Shown here in pieces: positions 13,413 to 26,824 of a stretch of DNA of 64,000 nucleotides (its first letter is position 1; every line of letters begins with the position of its first letter). The position numbers and the translations under genes are program-made. Where the stretch lies: assembly GCF_018350175.1 (NCBI RefSeq), contig NC_058368.1, positions 149,980,001-150,044,000 on the forward strand. Reading direction: 5' to 3'. Under the pieces are notes generated by a model. It made no database searches, was not told where the DNA came from, and saw nothing but the letters and a program-made list of their open reading frames with translations. This stretch comes from Felis catus (lineage: Eukaryota).

Positions 13413-13462
13413 GGAAGGAAGGAAGGAAGGAAGGAAGGAAGGAAGGAAGGAAGGAAGGAAAA

Positions 13463-13493
<31 letters not shown>

Positions 13494-13548
13494 CAAGCAA
13501 GCAAAGAAAGAAAAGAAAAGAAAAGAAAAGAAAAGAAAAGAAAAGAAA
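13413..13548. repeat. Compound (GGAA)n(GAAA)n(GAAAA)n microsatellite inside L1
   Basis: Direct observation. Confidence 0.97.
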
Positions 13549-14130
13549 TCAATGATACCAAGAGAAGGAACTTTGAAAACAAGCAAAAGTGATAAACCCT
13601 TAGCCATTCTCATCAAAAAAAGGAGAAAGAATTCAAATAAAATTAGAAACAAAAGAGAAATAATAACTGACATTACAGACATAAAGGATTATAAGAGACT
13701 ATTATGAAAAGCTATATGCCAACAAATTGAACAGCCTAGAAGAAATGGATAAATTTCTAGAAAAATACTATCTTCCCAAATTGAATCAGGAAGAAAGAGA
13801 AAATCTGAACAGATAAATTACTAGTAGTGACATTGAATTTGTAATTTAAAAAACTACAAAAAATAAAAATAAAAATCCAGGACAGGATAGGTTCACATGT
13901 GAATTCTAGAAAATATTTAAAGAAGAGTTAATACTTATTCTCCTCAAACTATTCCAAAGAATAGAAGAGGAAGAAAAGCTTCCAAATACATTCATTACCC
14001 TGACACCCAAATCAGACAAAGATACTACACTACAACAAACAAACAAACAAACAAAAACAAAACAAAAAACCTACAGGCCATTTCTCTGTGACTATAGATG
14101 CAAAAGTCCTCAATAAAGTATTAACAAACT

Positions 14131-14343
14131 GGGGCGCCTGGGTGGTGCAGTCGGTTAAGCGTCCGACTTCAGCCAGGTCACGATCTCGCGGTTCGAGCCC
14201 CGCGTCAGGCTCTGGGCTGATGGCTCAGAGCCTGGAGCCTGTTTCCGATTCTGCGTCTCCCTCTCTCTCTGCCCCTCCCCCGTTCATGCTCTGTCTCTCT
14301 CTGTCCCCAAAATAAATAAAAAACGTTGAAAAAAAATTTTTTT
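14131..14343 (+). mobile_element. Young felid Can-SINE
   Basis: Perfect 19-bp TSD aataaagtattaacaaact (14112-14130 / 14344-14362). Confidence 0.97.
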
Positions 14344-16480
14344 AATAAAGTATTAACAAACTGAATTCAACAATACATTAAATTCACCACAGTCAAGTGG
14401 GATTTATTTTGGGGATACAAGGATGGTTCAATACTCACAAATCAGTCAATGTGATACACATCAATAACACAAAATTTAAAATTATATGATCACCTAAATA
14501 GACACAGAAAAAGCATTTGGCATAATTCGACACCAATTCATAATAAAAACTCTCAACCAAGAGAGCTTAGAGGGAACATATATCAACATAATAAAGGCCA
14601 TATATACCAAACCCAAAGCTAGTATCATACTGAATGGTGAAAGAGTGACAGTTTTTCCTCTAAGATTAGGAACACAACAAGAATTCCCATCCTTGCCACT
14701 TTTATTCAAAATACTCCTGAAAGTTCTAGCCACAGAAATCAGACAAGAGAAATAAGAAGCATCCAAATTGGTAAGGAAAAAGTTAAACTGCCATTATTTG
14801 CAGAAGACATAACACTTCACATAGAAAATTCTAAAGACTCCACCAAAAAACTACTAGTGGTAATAAATAAATTATGAAGAATTACAGGACATAAAATTAG
14901 TATCAAGTGTGCATGGCACCACAAAGACCCCAAATATCCAAAGCAATCCTGAGGAAGAACAACACTGGAGGTATCACAATCCAAGATTTCAAGATAAATT
15001 ACAAAACGAGAGTGATCAAAAAAGTATGGCCCTGTCATAAAAACAGACATATAGATCAATGAAACAGAATAAAGAATCCAGGTATAAACCCAGGATTATA
15101 TGGTCAATTAATTTATGACAAGGAAGGCAAGAATACACAATGGAGAAAAGACAGGCTCCTCACTAAATAGTGCTGAGAAAACTGGATAGCCACATATAAA
15201 AGAATGAAACTGGGCTACCTGCTAATACCACATACAAAAATAAACTCAAATAGATTTAAAGATCTAAATGTGATAAATGAAACCATCAAAGTCCTAGAAG
15301 AGAACACAGGCAGTAATCTCTCTGATGCTGGCTTTAACGATATTTTTTAGATGTACTTTCTAAGTCAAGGGAAACAAAAGCAAAAGTAAACTACTGGGAG
15401 CAAATCAAAGCAAAAAGCTTCTGCACAGGGAAGGAAATGGTCAACAAAACTAAAAGGCAACCTACATAATGGGAGAAGATATTTGCAAATGATGTATCTA
15501 ATCAGGGGTTAGTATCTAAAATATATGAAGAATGTGTATACAACTCAACACCAAAAAACAAACAATCTGTATTAAGAAATGGGCAGAGGATCTGAATAGA
15601 TGTTTTTCCAAAGGAAACATACGGAGGTTCAAAATACACATGAAAACACACTCAACATCATTAGTAATTAAGGAAATACAAATCAAAACCACAATGAGTT
15701 ATTACCTCATACCTGTCAGAATGGCTAAAATCAAAAACACAACAAGTGTAGGCGAGGATGTGGAGAAAAAGGAATCCATGTGCACTGCTGGTGGGAATGA
15801 AAATCAGTGCAACCACTGTGGGACAGTATTGAGATTTCTCGAAGAATTAAAAATACAAATACCAATAATTCTACTACTGTGTACTGATACAAGGAAAGAT
15901 ATTCAAAAACATATACATACCCTATGCTGACTGTAGCATTATTTACAATAGCCCCAAATCAACCTATGTCCAATAAATGAATAGATAAAAACATGCAGTA
16001 TATGTATACAATGGAATATTTATGCAGCCATAAAAAGGACAAGATCATGTCCTTTGCAATAACATGGATGAACCTAGAAAGTATTTCGCTAAGTGAAGCC
16101 AGAACAATAAACACAAACACTATATGATTTTGCTCATATATGGAATTAATGAAACAAATGAATGAACAAAAAAAGCTGAATCAGACCTATAATTACAGAG
16201 AGGAAACTGATGGTTGTCAGAGGTGAGGGGAAAGGGGGGGATTTGTGGCAAAATGGGTGAGAAGGAATGACAGATACAGGCTTCCAGTTATGGAATGAGA
16301 AAGTTATAGGAATAAAGGCATAGTAAAGAAAATGTAGTCAGTGATACTCCAATAACATTGTACAATGACAAGTGGTAGCTACACTTGTGGTGAGCACAGC
16401 ATAATGTACAGAGACACTGAATCACTATGCTGTACACTTGAAACTAAGGTAACATTGTGTGTTGAATATACTCAAACAAG

Positions 16481-16664
16481 TTTTTAAAATTTATTTATTC
16501 TTGAGAGAGGGAATGAGAGAGAGAGAGAGAGAGAGAGAATCCCCAAGAGGCTCTGCACTGTTAGTGCAAAGCCCAACGTGGGGCTCGAACTCACAAACCA
16601 TGAGATTATGACTTGAACTGAAACCAAGAGTCCAGCGCTTAACCAACTGAGCCATCAGGTGCCC
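16481..16664 (-). mobile_element. Can-SINE in the L1 tail
   Basis: Reverse SINE with (GA)n; ends gagccatcaggtgccc. Confidence 0.92.
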
Positions 16665-16734
16665 AACGATTTTTTTTAATTAAATAAATACAACTGACTC
16701 AGTTGGAAAAAATATTATTTGTGCAAAATTATTA

Positions 16735-18060
16735 GCAAACATCATTCTGAATGGTGAAAAGCTAAAAATTAAAGTTAGTAAAAATGTGCAACATCATTAT
16801 AATTCAACTTCTGTTGGAGGTCCTGGTGAATGTAGTAAATCAGAAAACTGAGTCAGAATAAAGATTCCATTACACGTGGGACTAGTACCTATGGGATCAG
16901 TCCATATGGTACTTTAATGTATGAAAGATGGTTTATCAATTCTTTGTGAGAAAGGTACACTTTTAATAAGTGGCAGAAAAGGTTATCCACTTGGAAGAAA
17001 AGAGAACTATCCCTCACTTTTTGTAAAATACAGAATATAATTGCAGATGGAGTAGAAACTTGAATATGAAAATACAAATTGAAAAAGGAAATTTAGGAGA
17101 GTAAAACCTGAGGTACTAGAGGTAATGTTTAATCAAGAACTCTCAAATCATTAAAGGAAACACATGCACACTTAACCATATATTTAAAAATAGCAAGATA
17201 CCAAATAGGAGACAAAATGAAAAAATATTTCAAATTAGAGTTTTATCTGTAATATATAAAAAATTCATAAATTATTAATAAAATGATTAAAAATGGAAAA
17301 ATGAACACAGGCCACACTGTGAAGACCATTCACAGAAAAGTAAATTCAAAACTGCTAATAAACTAGTGTGCACATATTTAACCACCATTATAAAAGGAAA
17401 TTCAAGGGACACCTGGCTGGTGTGGTCAGTAGAGCATGTGACTCTTGATCTTGGGGTGATGAGTCCAAGTCCCATATTGGGCCTAGAGCTCACTAATAAC
17501 AAAAACAAAAACAGAAAAATGTAAAAATAGGTTATTACTTTACACTTGGCAAAATTCATAGAGAGAGAGAGGATACCTCCTAGTGGCTGGGATTTGAATG
17601 AAAGAATATTCTGAAACAAAGCTGGTAGAAATAATTATTCTGAGGAAAATTATCTCAATATTTAAAAATTGAGATTAGTACATGCTCTTTGTCTCCCAAA
17701 TCCCATTCCTGTCAATCTATGGCATGGGGGAAAGAAAACACTAAAATGAAAGTATAAAATATATATAGTGGCCAAAATATATATAAAATATCTAATATAT
17801 AGTAGACAGAAAAGTACATAAAACAAAAGTCTATCAGGATAATGAATAACTTGAATATCTTTATTATGAAATATTATATAGCTGGTATAAATACTGAGGC
17901 CTGCACTAGCCTTAGAGAGTTTCCAGAATATATATAAAAAAGTACATGCAGAGAATTCTGTGTATATTACCTCAACATATGTAATGCAAATATATGTATA
18001 GTATTTATGTATATATGATCATATGGGCATTTATTAAGAAGTCTATTTTTTAAAAAATAA
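16735..18060 (+). mobile_element. Very old L1M ORF2/3' fragments
   Basis: agcaaacatcattctgaatggtgaaaagct; aaaatggaaaaatgaacacagg...ttcacagaaaag; boundaries approximate. Confidence 0.55.
17406..17515 (+). mobile_element. Short old carnivore tRNA-derived SINE
   Basis: gggacacctggctgg...gtagagcatgtgactcttgatcttgggg...cctagagctcact + A-rich tail, no CT tract. Confidence 0.85.
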
Positions 18061-18202
18061 AGTCTTTTCTAAAAATTAAACATTGCAAAACTATCAAAAT
18101 TAAAACAATATAGATGTGTATGAGTTCAAGTATCAACATTTCCTTTTTACTTCTTCCCCATGTCACTGTTAAAAGTTCGATATACATTCTTTCGGAACTT
18201 TG

Positions 18203-18240
18203 TACACACACATGCACACACACACACACACACACACACA
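18203..18240. repeat. (CA)n microsatellite
   Basis: Direct observation. Confidence 0.95.
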
Positions 18241-18899
18241 GAGCAGTCGGGTTTTCTTTCGACAGTTAACAGTATCCTATTTTTGTAATTTTATTTGTTT
18301 GTCCTTTCTTCCAACATAACAGCATGTCTTAGAGATTTTCCCATGAATAACCATGTATTTATCTTATTCTTCAAGGTCTGTTTCATAATATCAATATGTT
18401 ATAACTTACTGAATCATTTTTATATTTCTGCAAAAATAGTCTATCTCCAAGTTTTGCTATTATATATAATGTTTAAACAACATTCTTCCTGTAAATACTG
18501 TCTCTGTCGTCTCACAAAAGACCACCAGACAGTAAGAGAAGTTTATTGCTTGTTGTAAAGGGAGACTGCACGTCATGAAGAACCATGTGTGAGAAAGCAC
18601 TTATGAAATATGGGTTTTAGTTAGGCAATTTGGGGCAAGATTCCAGAAAGCTGTATTGTTTTTTTCTGTTTGTTCTCACCTCATCACAGTCACAAACTGA
18701 CCTTGTCTGATGTTGGTGTTCTACGAGATTATGTCCAAGAGAAGAACACCTCTGTCTCACCTTGGGTGCCAGGCAAGTAACTACCACCATCAAGGCTTAA
18801 GACAGTTCCTAGATGTCAGAGGTTGCCTTTTTCTTTGTCAAAATCACTCCTACAGAAGTATTTATGCAAGTGTCAGGATCAAGGAGAATGTGTATTGTT

Positions 18900-18948
18900 C
18901 TTATTTTTTAAATTTTATTTATTTTCTAGAGTGAGAGTAAGTGAGAGT

Positions 18949-18998
<50 letters not shown>

Positions 18999-19118
18999 CC
19001 CAAGCAGGTCTGCAGTGTCAGTGAAGAGCCAGATGCAAGGCTTGATCCCATAAACTGTGAGGTCATAACCTGAGCTGAAATAAGAGACGCTTAACCAACT
19101 GAGCCACCCAAGAACACC
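18900..19118 (-). mobile_element. Can-SINE
   Basis: Reverse SINE with (GA)n; diverged TSD aggagaatgtgtatt / aggagtacgtgtatt. Confidence 0.93.
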
Positions 19119-20488
19119 TAGGAGTACGTGTATTTTAAAGTTTAAAGATATTCCCAAAACTCTTTACCAACATACATCCCACCAAGAAGGGAGAGGTAAT
19201 GAAAGGACATGGAAAGCCCCAGTGGGAAATTTCTTCTAATGAGTAACTTTGCTCAGAGCCAATGCATAGTCATGACACTGTCATTTGTTATTACGTAAGT
19301 AGGAGAGAAACCAGTCAAAGTCCTTATTGCTTAGCACCTTAATCAAAGCATTTTATCTTCCTCTTTGGACTCAGGTTAGCATGTCAATAAAACATGCAAC
19401 ATAAAACATGCATCATTATTTTTTCCAAATCCTTGCTTTGTATTTTCTATAAAATTGGGGAAGAAAATATTTTGTTATAACCTTTTAGAAAGAATTCATT
19501 CTATTAGAAATAGAGCCCCTGTCTGCCATTTTTTCCTGGGGAGGCAGAATGACTGCTACACAACCATCTGGCAGTTGGTGGATTCTCATCGATTTTTTAA
19601 CTGATGATGTCTTGCTTGATATTTGATGGAGACCAAGCAAAAGAGTTGTTTCTGGCAGAGAACAAAGAAGAGAAAAAGAAAGAGCATGAGAATGACCCTG
19701 GAGCGTAGCAGAGAGAGGTGTCACAAGCCATAAAATAGTCCATAATTGTGAATTTAGCTGAGTTAATTCCCTACTGTATACACTTTTTGGTAGAGAAACT
19801 GAACATACTGGCTTGCATTGTATAAAGAATATCTGAATTACCTCAGCATTTTATGGTCTATTAAAAGGGGCAAAAAGTATTTTATTAAATATGGTTCTGA
19901 TAACTATATTGTCTCTCAAAAAATGCCGTTCCCTATAGGGGTTGGGAGAGCTTAGTTTACTTGAAAGCATCATAGCCATAATTTTAAAATGTAAGTAGGG
20001 ATTATTTTGCTTAATTCTTTAATGTGTCAACAACTTAAAAAAAAACAAAAAAAACAAAACAAAACTAATAGTCCTATCACTGCAGTTATAGCTAAGCAAT
20101 CACTATAGTCAAGGGCTTTTGAATGTTTAAAAATCAATTTTACCACTCTTAATTATTATGTCTCCATTTTACCTGGTCCTTTCTTTTATCTCTCTTCATC
20201 ATGTTAATTAAGACCTCAAAAGTAAAGATGGATTGAGGATTAATCTTGTTTTATTTTAAATCCCTAACATAAGACTAACCAGTTCTTAAGGCCTGCACTA
20301 CTTTAGCCTTATCTCATTCATTCTAGAAAACCTGGATCATGGATGTCTTCTTCCTCTGTTCACATCCTACTTAACTGTATTAATTATTTCACAATCAGTT
20401 GGCTCTGAAACTAAGAATTTTAAGAGGCAGAAACAAGTCAAAGGATTTTTCTTTTTTAAAGCTTTTCTTATTAAAACAATTTTTTTCC

Positions 20489-20710
20489 GGGGCACCTGGG
20501 TAGCTATTGGTTAAGTGTCTGACTTCAGCTCAAGTCATGATCTCATGGTTCATGGGTTCGAGCCCCTCGTTGGGCTCTGTGCTGACAGCTCAGAGACTGG
20601 AACCGGCTTCAGATTCTGTGTCTACCTCTCTCTGTCCCCCTGCCCCCCTCCCACCCCACTTGTGCTCTGTCTCTGTCTCTCAAAAATAAAAATGTTAAAA
20701 AAATTATAAA
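20489..20710 (+). mobile_element. Can-SINE (felid type)
   Basis: ggggcacctggg head, body, tail. Confidence 0.95.
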
Positions 20711-20731
20711 TTGTTTTCAATATTCATTTAT

Positions 20732-20777
<46 letters not shown>

Positions 20778-20950
20778 CATGCAAGCAGGGGAGAAGCAGA
20801 GAGAGAGAGAGAGAGAAGGAGAGAATCCCAAGCAGTCTCTGCACTGTCAGCACAGAATGTGACATGGGGCTCGAACTCACGAACCAAGAGATCATGACCT
20901 GAGCGGACATCAAGAGTTGGTTGCTCAACCAAGTGAGCCACTCAGGTGCC
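20711..20950 (-). mobile_element. Can-SINE, tail-to-tail with the previous SINE
   Basis: Reverse SINE with (GA)n; ends gagccactcaggtgcc. Confidence 0.95.
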
Positions 20951-21308
20951 TTAAAGTCTTTTTTATTTTTAACTTGAATTATTTTTTTAGATTGTAGCAT
21001 ATAACAAAATTTACCATTTTAACCATTTTAAGTGTATTATTTGGTGGCATTAAGTACTAATCTGAGTTAATTTTAAGTAATAATTGGAAGTATATATGTT
21101 GGGTTTTGGTTCTTTGCTGATTTTTGCTTCTCTCAAAGTTCAAAAAATTAAGATTTATCATCAGAGGTATGAGGGTCTACCAAAAAGCACCTTTGTTCAT
21201 AGCCCAAACTCAGGGGAAATGATGTGGTGGCTAGTTTCAAAGAAGGTGAGATATTTCCTCTTTTATGAATGATAATTCAAAGTGATCGTATTGAAATGTA
21301 ACTGTTCC

Positions 21309-21537
21309 GGGGCACCTGGGTGGTGCAGTCCGTTAAGCGTCCGACTTCAGCCAGGTCACGATCTCGGGGTCCGGGAGTTAGAGCCCCGCGTCAGGCTCTG
21401 GGCTGATGGCTCAGAGCCTGGAGCCTGTTTCCGATTCTGTGTCTCCCTCTCTCTCTGCCCCTCCTCCGTTCATGCTCTGTCTCTCTCTGTCCCAAAAATA
21501 AATAAAAACGTTGAAAAAAAATTAAAAAAAAAAAAAA
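21309..21537 (+). mobile_element. Young felid Can-SINE
   Basis: Perfect 16-bp TSD gaaatgtaactgttcc (21293-21308 / 21538-21553). Confidence 0.97.
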
Positions 21538-21829
21538 GAAATGTAACTGTTCCTAGTTAGGGCACAGAGAAGTGATTTTCTTTAAGATCTAATATAAAAA
21601 ACATAAAGCAGAATGTAGACATAATTTCCCCAAAAAGAAAGCATGACTTGCAGAATATTCCATCTGTCTGTTTCCTTCCAATGTTTTATCTTATCAATGC
21701 ATAAATTATCTTGAGATAAGAAAGGCCAAGGCCTTGTGGTTCCCTATTCTAAACCTGGTCAAAGTTTTTCCAATCAAGTATAGAGAAGGTTTTTTGTTTT
21801 TATGACAAATGGTCTCAAAGCTTGATTTT

Positions 21830-22052
21830 TTTTTTTTTAATTTTTTTTTAACGTTTATTTATTTTTGAAACAGAGAGAGACAGAGCATGAACAGGGGAGG
21901 GGCAGAGAGAGAGGAAGACACAGAATCTGAAACAGGCTCCAGGCTCTGAGCTGTCAGCACAGAGCCCGACGCGGGGCTTGAACTCACGGACCGTGAGATC
22001 ATGACCTGAGCCGAAGTCGGACACTTAACCGACCAAGCCACCCAGGCGCCCC
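21830..22052 (-). mobile_element. Felid Can-SINE
   Basis: TSD aaagcttgatttt (21817-21829 / 22053-22065). Confidence 0.97.
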
Positions 22053-22444
22053 AAAGCTTGATTTTCCAAGTATTTTGGCATAATATTTAACCTGTTTCTC
22101 ATTAATTTCAACGTACTACTTCTACTCTGTACTCATGAAAATTTCTCTGTTTCACACATTTAAACTTATACATTTAAAACTTCACTTTTTTCCCTAGATG
22201 TTTTTTTTAGTTGGAGAGGTAAAACAAGAGAGTTGTGAGATACAGTAATTAAGGGGTGTGGTAGTATGAACATCTGGGGCTGGAACTCCAGCTGGTTCAG
22301 TCTGGCTAGCAAGGCTAGTCTGGAAATGAATCTAGGACTGGACAGTCTTTTAGGCTTTTGTTAAACCATTTCTTTGCTCTGAACCTCTACATTATTTTCC
22401 ACTCTACAAACTGGAGACCTTTACTTTAAAAAGTCACTACTCTT

Positions 22445-22650
22445 GGGGCATTACTCTTGGCTCAGTCAGTAAAGCATCGGTTCTTGATTTTGGCTCAAGT
22501 CATGATTTCATGCTTCATGGGATGGAGCCCCACACTGGGCTCCTTGCTGCCAGCACAGAGCCTGCTTGAGATTCTCTCTCTCCCTCTCTCTCTGCCCCTT
22601 CCCCACTTGTGCAGTCTCTCTTTCTCAAAATAAATAAATAAATAATTTTT
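22445..22650 (+). mobile_element. Older Can-SINE
   Basis: TSD aaaaagtcactactctt / aaaaagtcagtattctt. Confidence 0.93.
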
Positions 22651-23969
22651 AAAAAGTCAGTATTCTTTCACAACCTTGCTTGGGCCTTAGCCTAATTCAT
22701 GGCATGTTTTTCATGGCCTGTATACTGCCAAGTAGTTCAGTTTTAATTTCGCCTTCTCAAGAATGAGTTGCTAGTTAGATTTATTTTTTCACAGGCTCAA
22801 TAAGCTGAAAATGTTATGGTGCAAAGCCACAAATTATATATATGCATGTGCTCATAATCTCTAAGCAGAATTATATGCTCTGAATGACTGAGACCATTTC
22901 TTCTTGGGATGAGACTATAATGGAGGTAAACCTATACTCCAATTTTTGCACTTTAAATTCTTCATGAGCCTTGAAGTTAGGACTAACTCTAAAGTCCCTT
23001 CCATTGACTGGGGTGCTTTCTGCAACCCTAACAGATGGTAGAAAACTCATACAATACCAGATGCTCTTTTCCCCATCAACTTGTTCCAGAATGTCTGTGA
23101 ATCTCAGTATTGAAAGGTGTTAAGAGTTACTAAGTGGTTAATGTTATTTTAAAAGGGTTAAAAATTGTTAAAATGTGTTCAACAATCATTGGAGCAAGAT
23201 ATTTTCTTCTTTATATGTGAAAAGAATCAAAAGAAATTGGCTTCACTAAATAAGAGGAGGAAGACTTTAAATGGTGTGGTCTGACAGTAATTTGTATTAG
23301 AGTCTAGAGGAGCACATTTGTAATGTCTTGTGGTAGTACATTTATCTCTTGGTGACAGAAGGAATAATTGCTTTAGAGAGCATATCAGTGGCTGTTTAAA
23401 AATTTAACTCTTTATTTCCTCACACCTAAAGTTACAAAATTGAGAAGAGGAAAACATTACAAAAAATTGTAATCTGTGTAGAACAAAGTATTAGTTACCA
23501 GAAAAACATATACATTGTCTGTTTTCAAGTAATGGTGAAAGGCTGGAAAAGTAATAAAAATATTTTTTTATTATACATAGGTATTTAATATTTATTTGTA
23601 AGTATTACTATCATATATTATTATCATTTCTGCCTGTTTTGTCTCTGGAACATGTTTTTCAAGTTGAACACACCTCTCTCAAGTGGTTTTTGCTCAAAGA
23701 TGAACTGTGTCAAGTAAGTTGTTAATTAGGATTTGCTGTCCAATGTTCTCAAATTTGACAGCTTTAATGGGTTCTTGAATACTAGCTCCCTTTTATCTAT
23801 ACCATTGTGTGAAGTCTGTTCATCCTTCAGGTCCTTGCTTTCCCCCTGGAAGGATCTGTTGATATTTATGTCTCCCTTGGTGTCCAGCCATCTTCTTAAG
23901 AACTGCATTTTATTTCACCCCATTAAAAGATTCAGTGCTTGGGTACAAGTGAAGAGACACTTCAAACCA

Positions 23970-24080
23970 GGGGGAATCACATAATTTATTGCTTAAACTG
24001 ATCACTTATAGACATTAATAATTATGTTGGCACAGCAGGTGTAAATTGTCCCAATCAAACCAGGATGCATGATTACTTTT
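23970..24080. mobile_element. MER81-like hAT-Blackjack MITE
   Basis: cataatttattgcttaaactg...attaataattatgttggcacagcaggtgtaaattgtccc...caaaccaggatgcatg resembles MER81. Confidence 0.65.
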
Positions 24081-24131
24081 CTTCGAGGCAACCAGGATGG
24101 GAACAAAGGTAGGACACTACTGGGATCAAAA

Positions 24132-24341
24132 AAAATTTTTTTACTGTTTACTCATTTTTGAGAGAGAGACAGAGTGTGAATAGAGGAGGGGATGAGAGAA
24201 AGGGAAACACAGAATCTGAAGTGGGCTCCAGGCTCTGAGCTGTCAGCCCAGAACCTGATGCAGACCTTGAACTCACAGACCACGAGATCATGACCTGAGC
24301 CGAAGTCAGATGTGTAACTGACTGAGCCATCCAAATGCCCC
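24132..24341 (-). mobile_element. Can-SINE
   Basis: Reverse SINE; TSD ggatcaaa on both sides. Confidence 0.93.
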
Positions 24342-24504
24342 TTGGATCAAATTTTTAAAAGTCAAATGAGTATTCCTGTATTGTGCAGACAAAGACTGAA
24401 CCAGTAAAATACATTTGTAGTTACTTTTATTATAAATCTTATGATAATCCAAAATTAAACATTAAATGTGATGTATTTTGCCTCCAAAAATGACTTACTT
24501 AGAA

Positions 24505-26242
24505 AAGATTATCCAAAGCAATCTACAGATTCAATGTAATCCCTATCAAAATACCAATAATATTTTTCATAGAACCAGAACAAATCATCTTAAGATTTGT
24601 ATCGAACCATAAAAGATCTTGAATAAGAAAAGCAATCTTGAGAAAGAAGAACAAAGCTGCAGGTATCACAATACAAAATTTCAAGATACTACAGAAATAT
24701 AGCAATCAAAACAGTATGGTACTGAATAAAAATAGACATATCAATTAATGAAATAAGATAGTTCAGAAATAAGCCCACACGTATATGGTTAATTAATCTA
24801 GAACAAAAGATTTAAGAATATACAATGGGGAAAAGAAACTGGGAAAACTGGACAGCTATATGTAAAAGAATAAAACTGGACCAAGGCCTGAAACCCATAA
24901 AACTCATAGAAGAAAACATAGGCAGTAATCTCTTGGACATCAGCCTTAGCAACATATTTATAGATCTGTCTCCTCAGTCAAGGGAAATAACAGCTAAAAT
25001 TACTGGGACTACACACCCCAAAAAGCTTCTGCACAGCAAAGAAAACCATCAACAAAATGAAAAGGCTTAAGAGTACACTTATTGTGATGAGCATTGAGTA
25101 ATATATGCAACTGTTGAATCACTATATTGTACACCTGAAACTAACATTGTACATTAATTAAACTGGAATTTGAAAATTTTAGAAAATAAGATATAACTAA
25201 AAGGCAACCTACTGAACAGGCAAAGATATTTGCAAACAATATATCCAATGAGGGGTTGGTATGCAAAATATATAAAGAACTTACACAACTTACCCCCAAA
25301 AAACAAAATAATCCAATTTAAAAATGGGCTGAGGACCTGAATAGACATTTTTTCCAAAGAAGACATACAGATAACTAACAGACACTTGACAAGATGCTCG
25401 ATATCACTAACCATCAGGGGAAACATGAATCAAAACCACAAGGAGATATTACTTCACACCAGTCAGAATGCCTGGTATTAAAAAGAACAGAAACAAGTGT
25501 TGGTGAGGATGTGGAGAGAAGGGAACGCTCCCTTTTCAATTTCCCACTATTGGTGGGAATGTAAATTGGTGCAACCACTGGAAAACATTATGGAAGTTCC
25601 TCAAAAAATGAAAAATAGGAATACCACAGGAAATTAGTAATGCCACTACTGGGTATTGACCCAAAGAAAATGAAAACACTCATTAGAAACGTTAATCCAC
25701 TTCTACATTCATTGTAGAATTGTTTAAATAGCCATGATATGTAAACAACTTAAGTGTCCATGGATAAGATGAATGGATAAGGACAATCTAGTATTTTTAT
25801 ATACAAGGGAATATTAATGAGCTATAAAGAAAAATGAGATCTTGCCATTTGCAACAACATGGATAGGCCTAGAGAGTATTATGCCAAATGAAATAGTCAA
25901 ATACCTTATGATTCTAGTTATATGTGGAATCTAAAGCAAACAAATAAGCAACAACAACAAAAAACAGAAACAGATTTATAAATACAGAGGATGGGTGGAG
26001 GGGGCCACGGGCAAAATGGGTTAAGGGAGTGGGAGGTACAGGCTTTTAGTTATGGAATGAGTAAGTCAGAAGAATGAAAAGTACAGTGTAGGGAATATAG
26101 TCAATAGCATTGTAACAGCCTCTGTACGGTGACACAGCAGCTATATTTGTGGTGAGCATAGCATAATATACAGAGTTGTCGAACCACTATGTTGTACATC
26201 TGAAACTAATATAACACTGTGTGTCAACTAAACTTCAATCAG
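24505..26242 (+). mobile_element. 5'-truncated L1 (ORF2 C-terminal part + 3'UTR)
   Basis: ccaaagcaatctacagattcaatgtaatccctatcaaaatacc...; 3' end gtgtgtcaactaaacttcaat. Confidence 0.93.
25067..25198 (+). mobile_element. Short L1 3' tip nested in L1
   Basis: gtgatgagcattgag...tgtacacctgaaactaa; TSD aaaaggc; host resumes aacctactgaa. Confidence 0.85.
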
Positions 26243-26697
26243 TCAACATTCTTGTAAACAAAGGCACACTTTGCTTTTGTAGTATATAAATGAACAAGAA
26301 ACATAATCAAAATGGTTTTTGTGTTTTTCTGAGTCTTGACCACAGCCCAGAGACAAATACTTTAGAGATTAAAAAAAGAAAAAAAAAATTGATGTCACTG
26401 AACCAGTCTAGCAGTGCTCAAATAAACATAGATATGGACAAAATAAAATCAATGTATAGTAAAGAAAAAAGACTATATACACAAATATATTTACTTTTAA
26501 AAGAAGTATACACACACATATTTCAGTAGGATGCTGGTATTTCTTGAGGTGCTTGTGTTTTCCTTTCTACAACTATTCGTTTTGCACTTTGTAAGAACAT
26601 GCAATTTTGAAAGGGATTGATTTCCTAAAGGAGGCCAGTTATGCATTAAAGTAGAGGACAGATTTCTAACTAAAACTACATTTGCATTAAATGACAC

Positions 26698-26766
26698 TCA
26701 GCTTGTGGCTGGCACATAGTAGGCATTCAATAAATATTTGATGAATGAATAAATGAGTGATGAATT
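26698..26766 (+). mobile_element. L2 3' tail
   Basis: ctggcacatagtaggcattcaataaatatttgatgaatgaataaatga. Confidence 0.8.
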
Positions 26767-26824
26767 CTAGCTCAGATGTATTTTTCCCCCTGTAGGACCT
26801 GAGGGCAGCTAGTATTTCATCTGG

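Larger units (their letters stand above)
12004..16478 (+). mobile_element. Decayed L1: end of ORF1, ORF2 with internal deletions, 3'UTR
   Basis: ORF2 start-like atggcagtaagtacatacctatca (~12453); FA(E/D)D-like tttgcagaagac (~14797); C-terminal remnants (ORF 15532-15930); older-type 3' end tgtgttgaatatactc. Confidence 0.93.

Noticed and set aside
17406..17480. tRNA-like sequence
   Set aside because: Head of a decayed tRNA-derived SINE with A-rich tail
18495..18750. Possible old LTR fragment
   Set aside because: Only vague resemblance; termini and family not supportable
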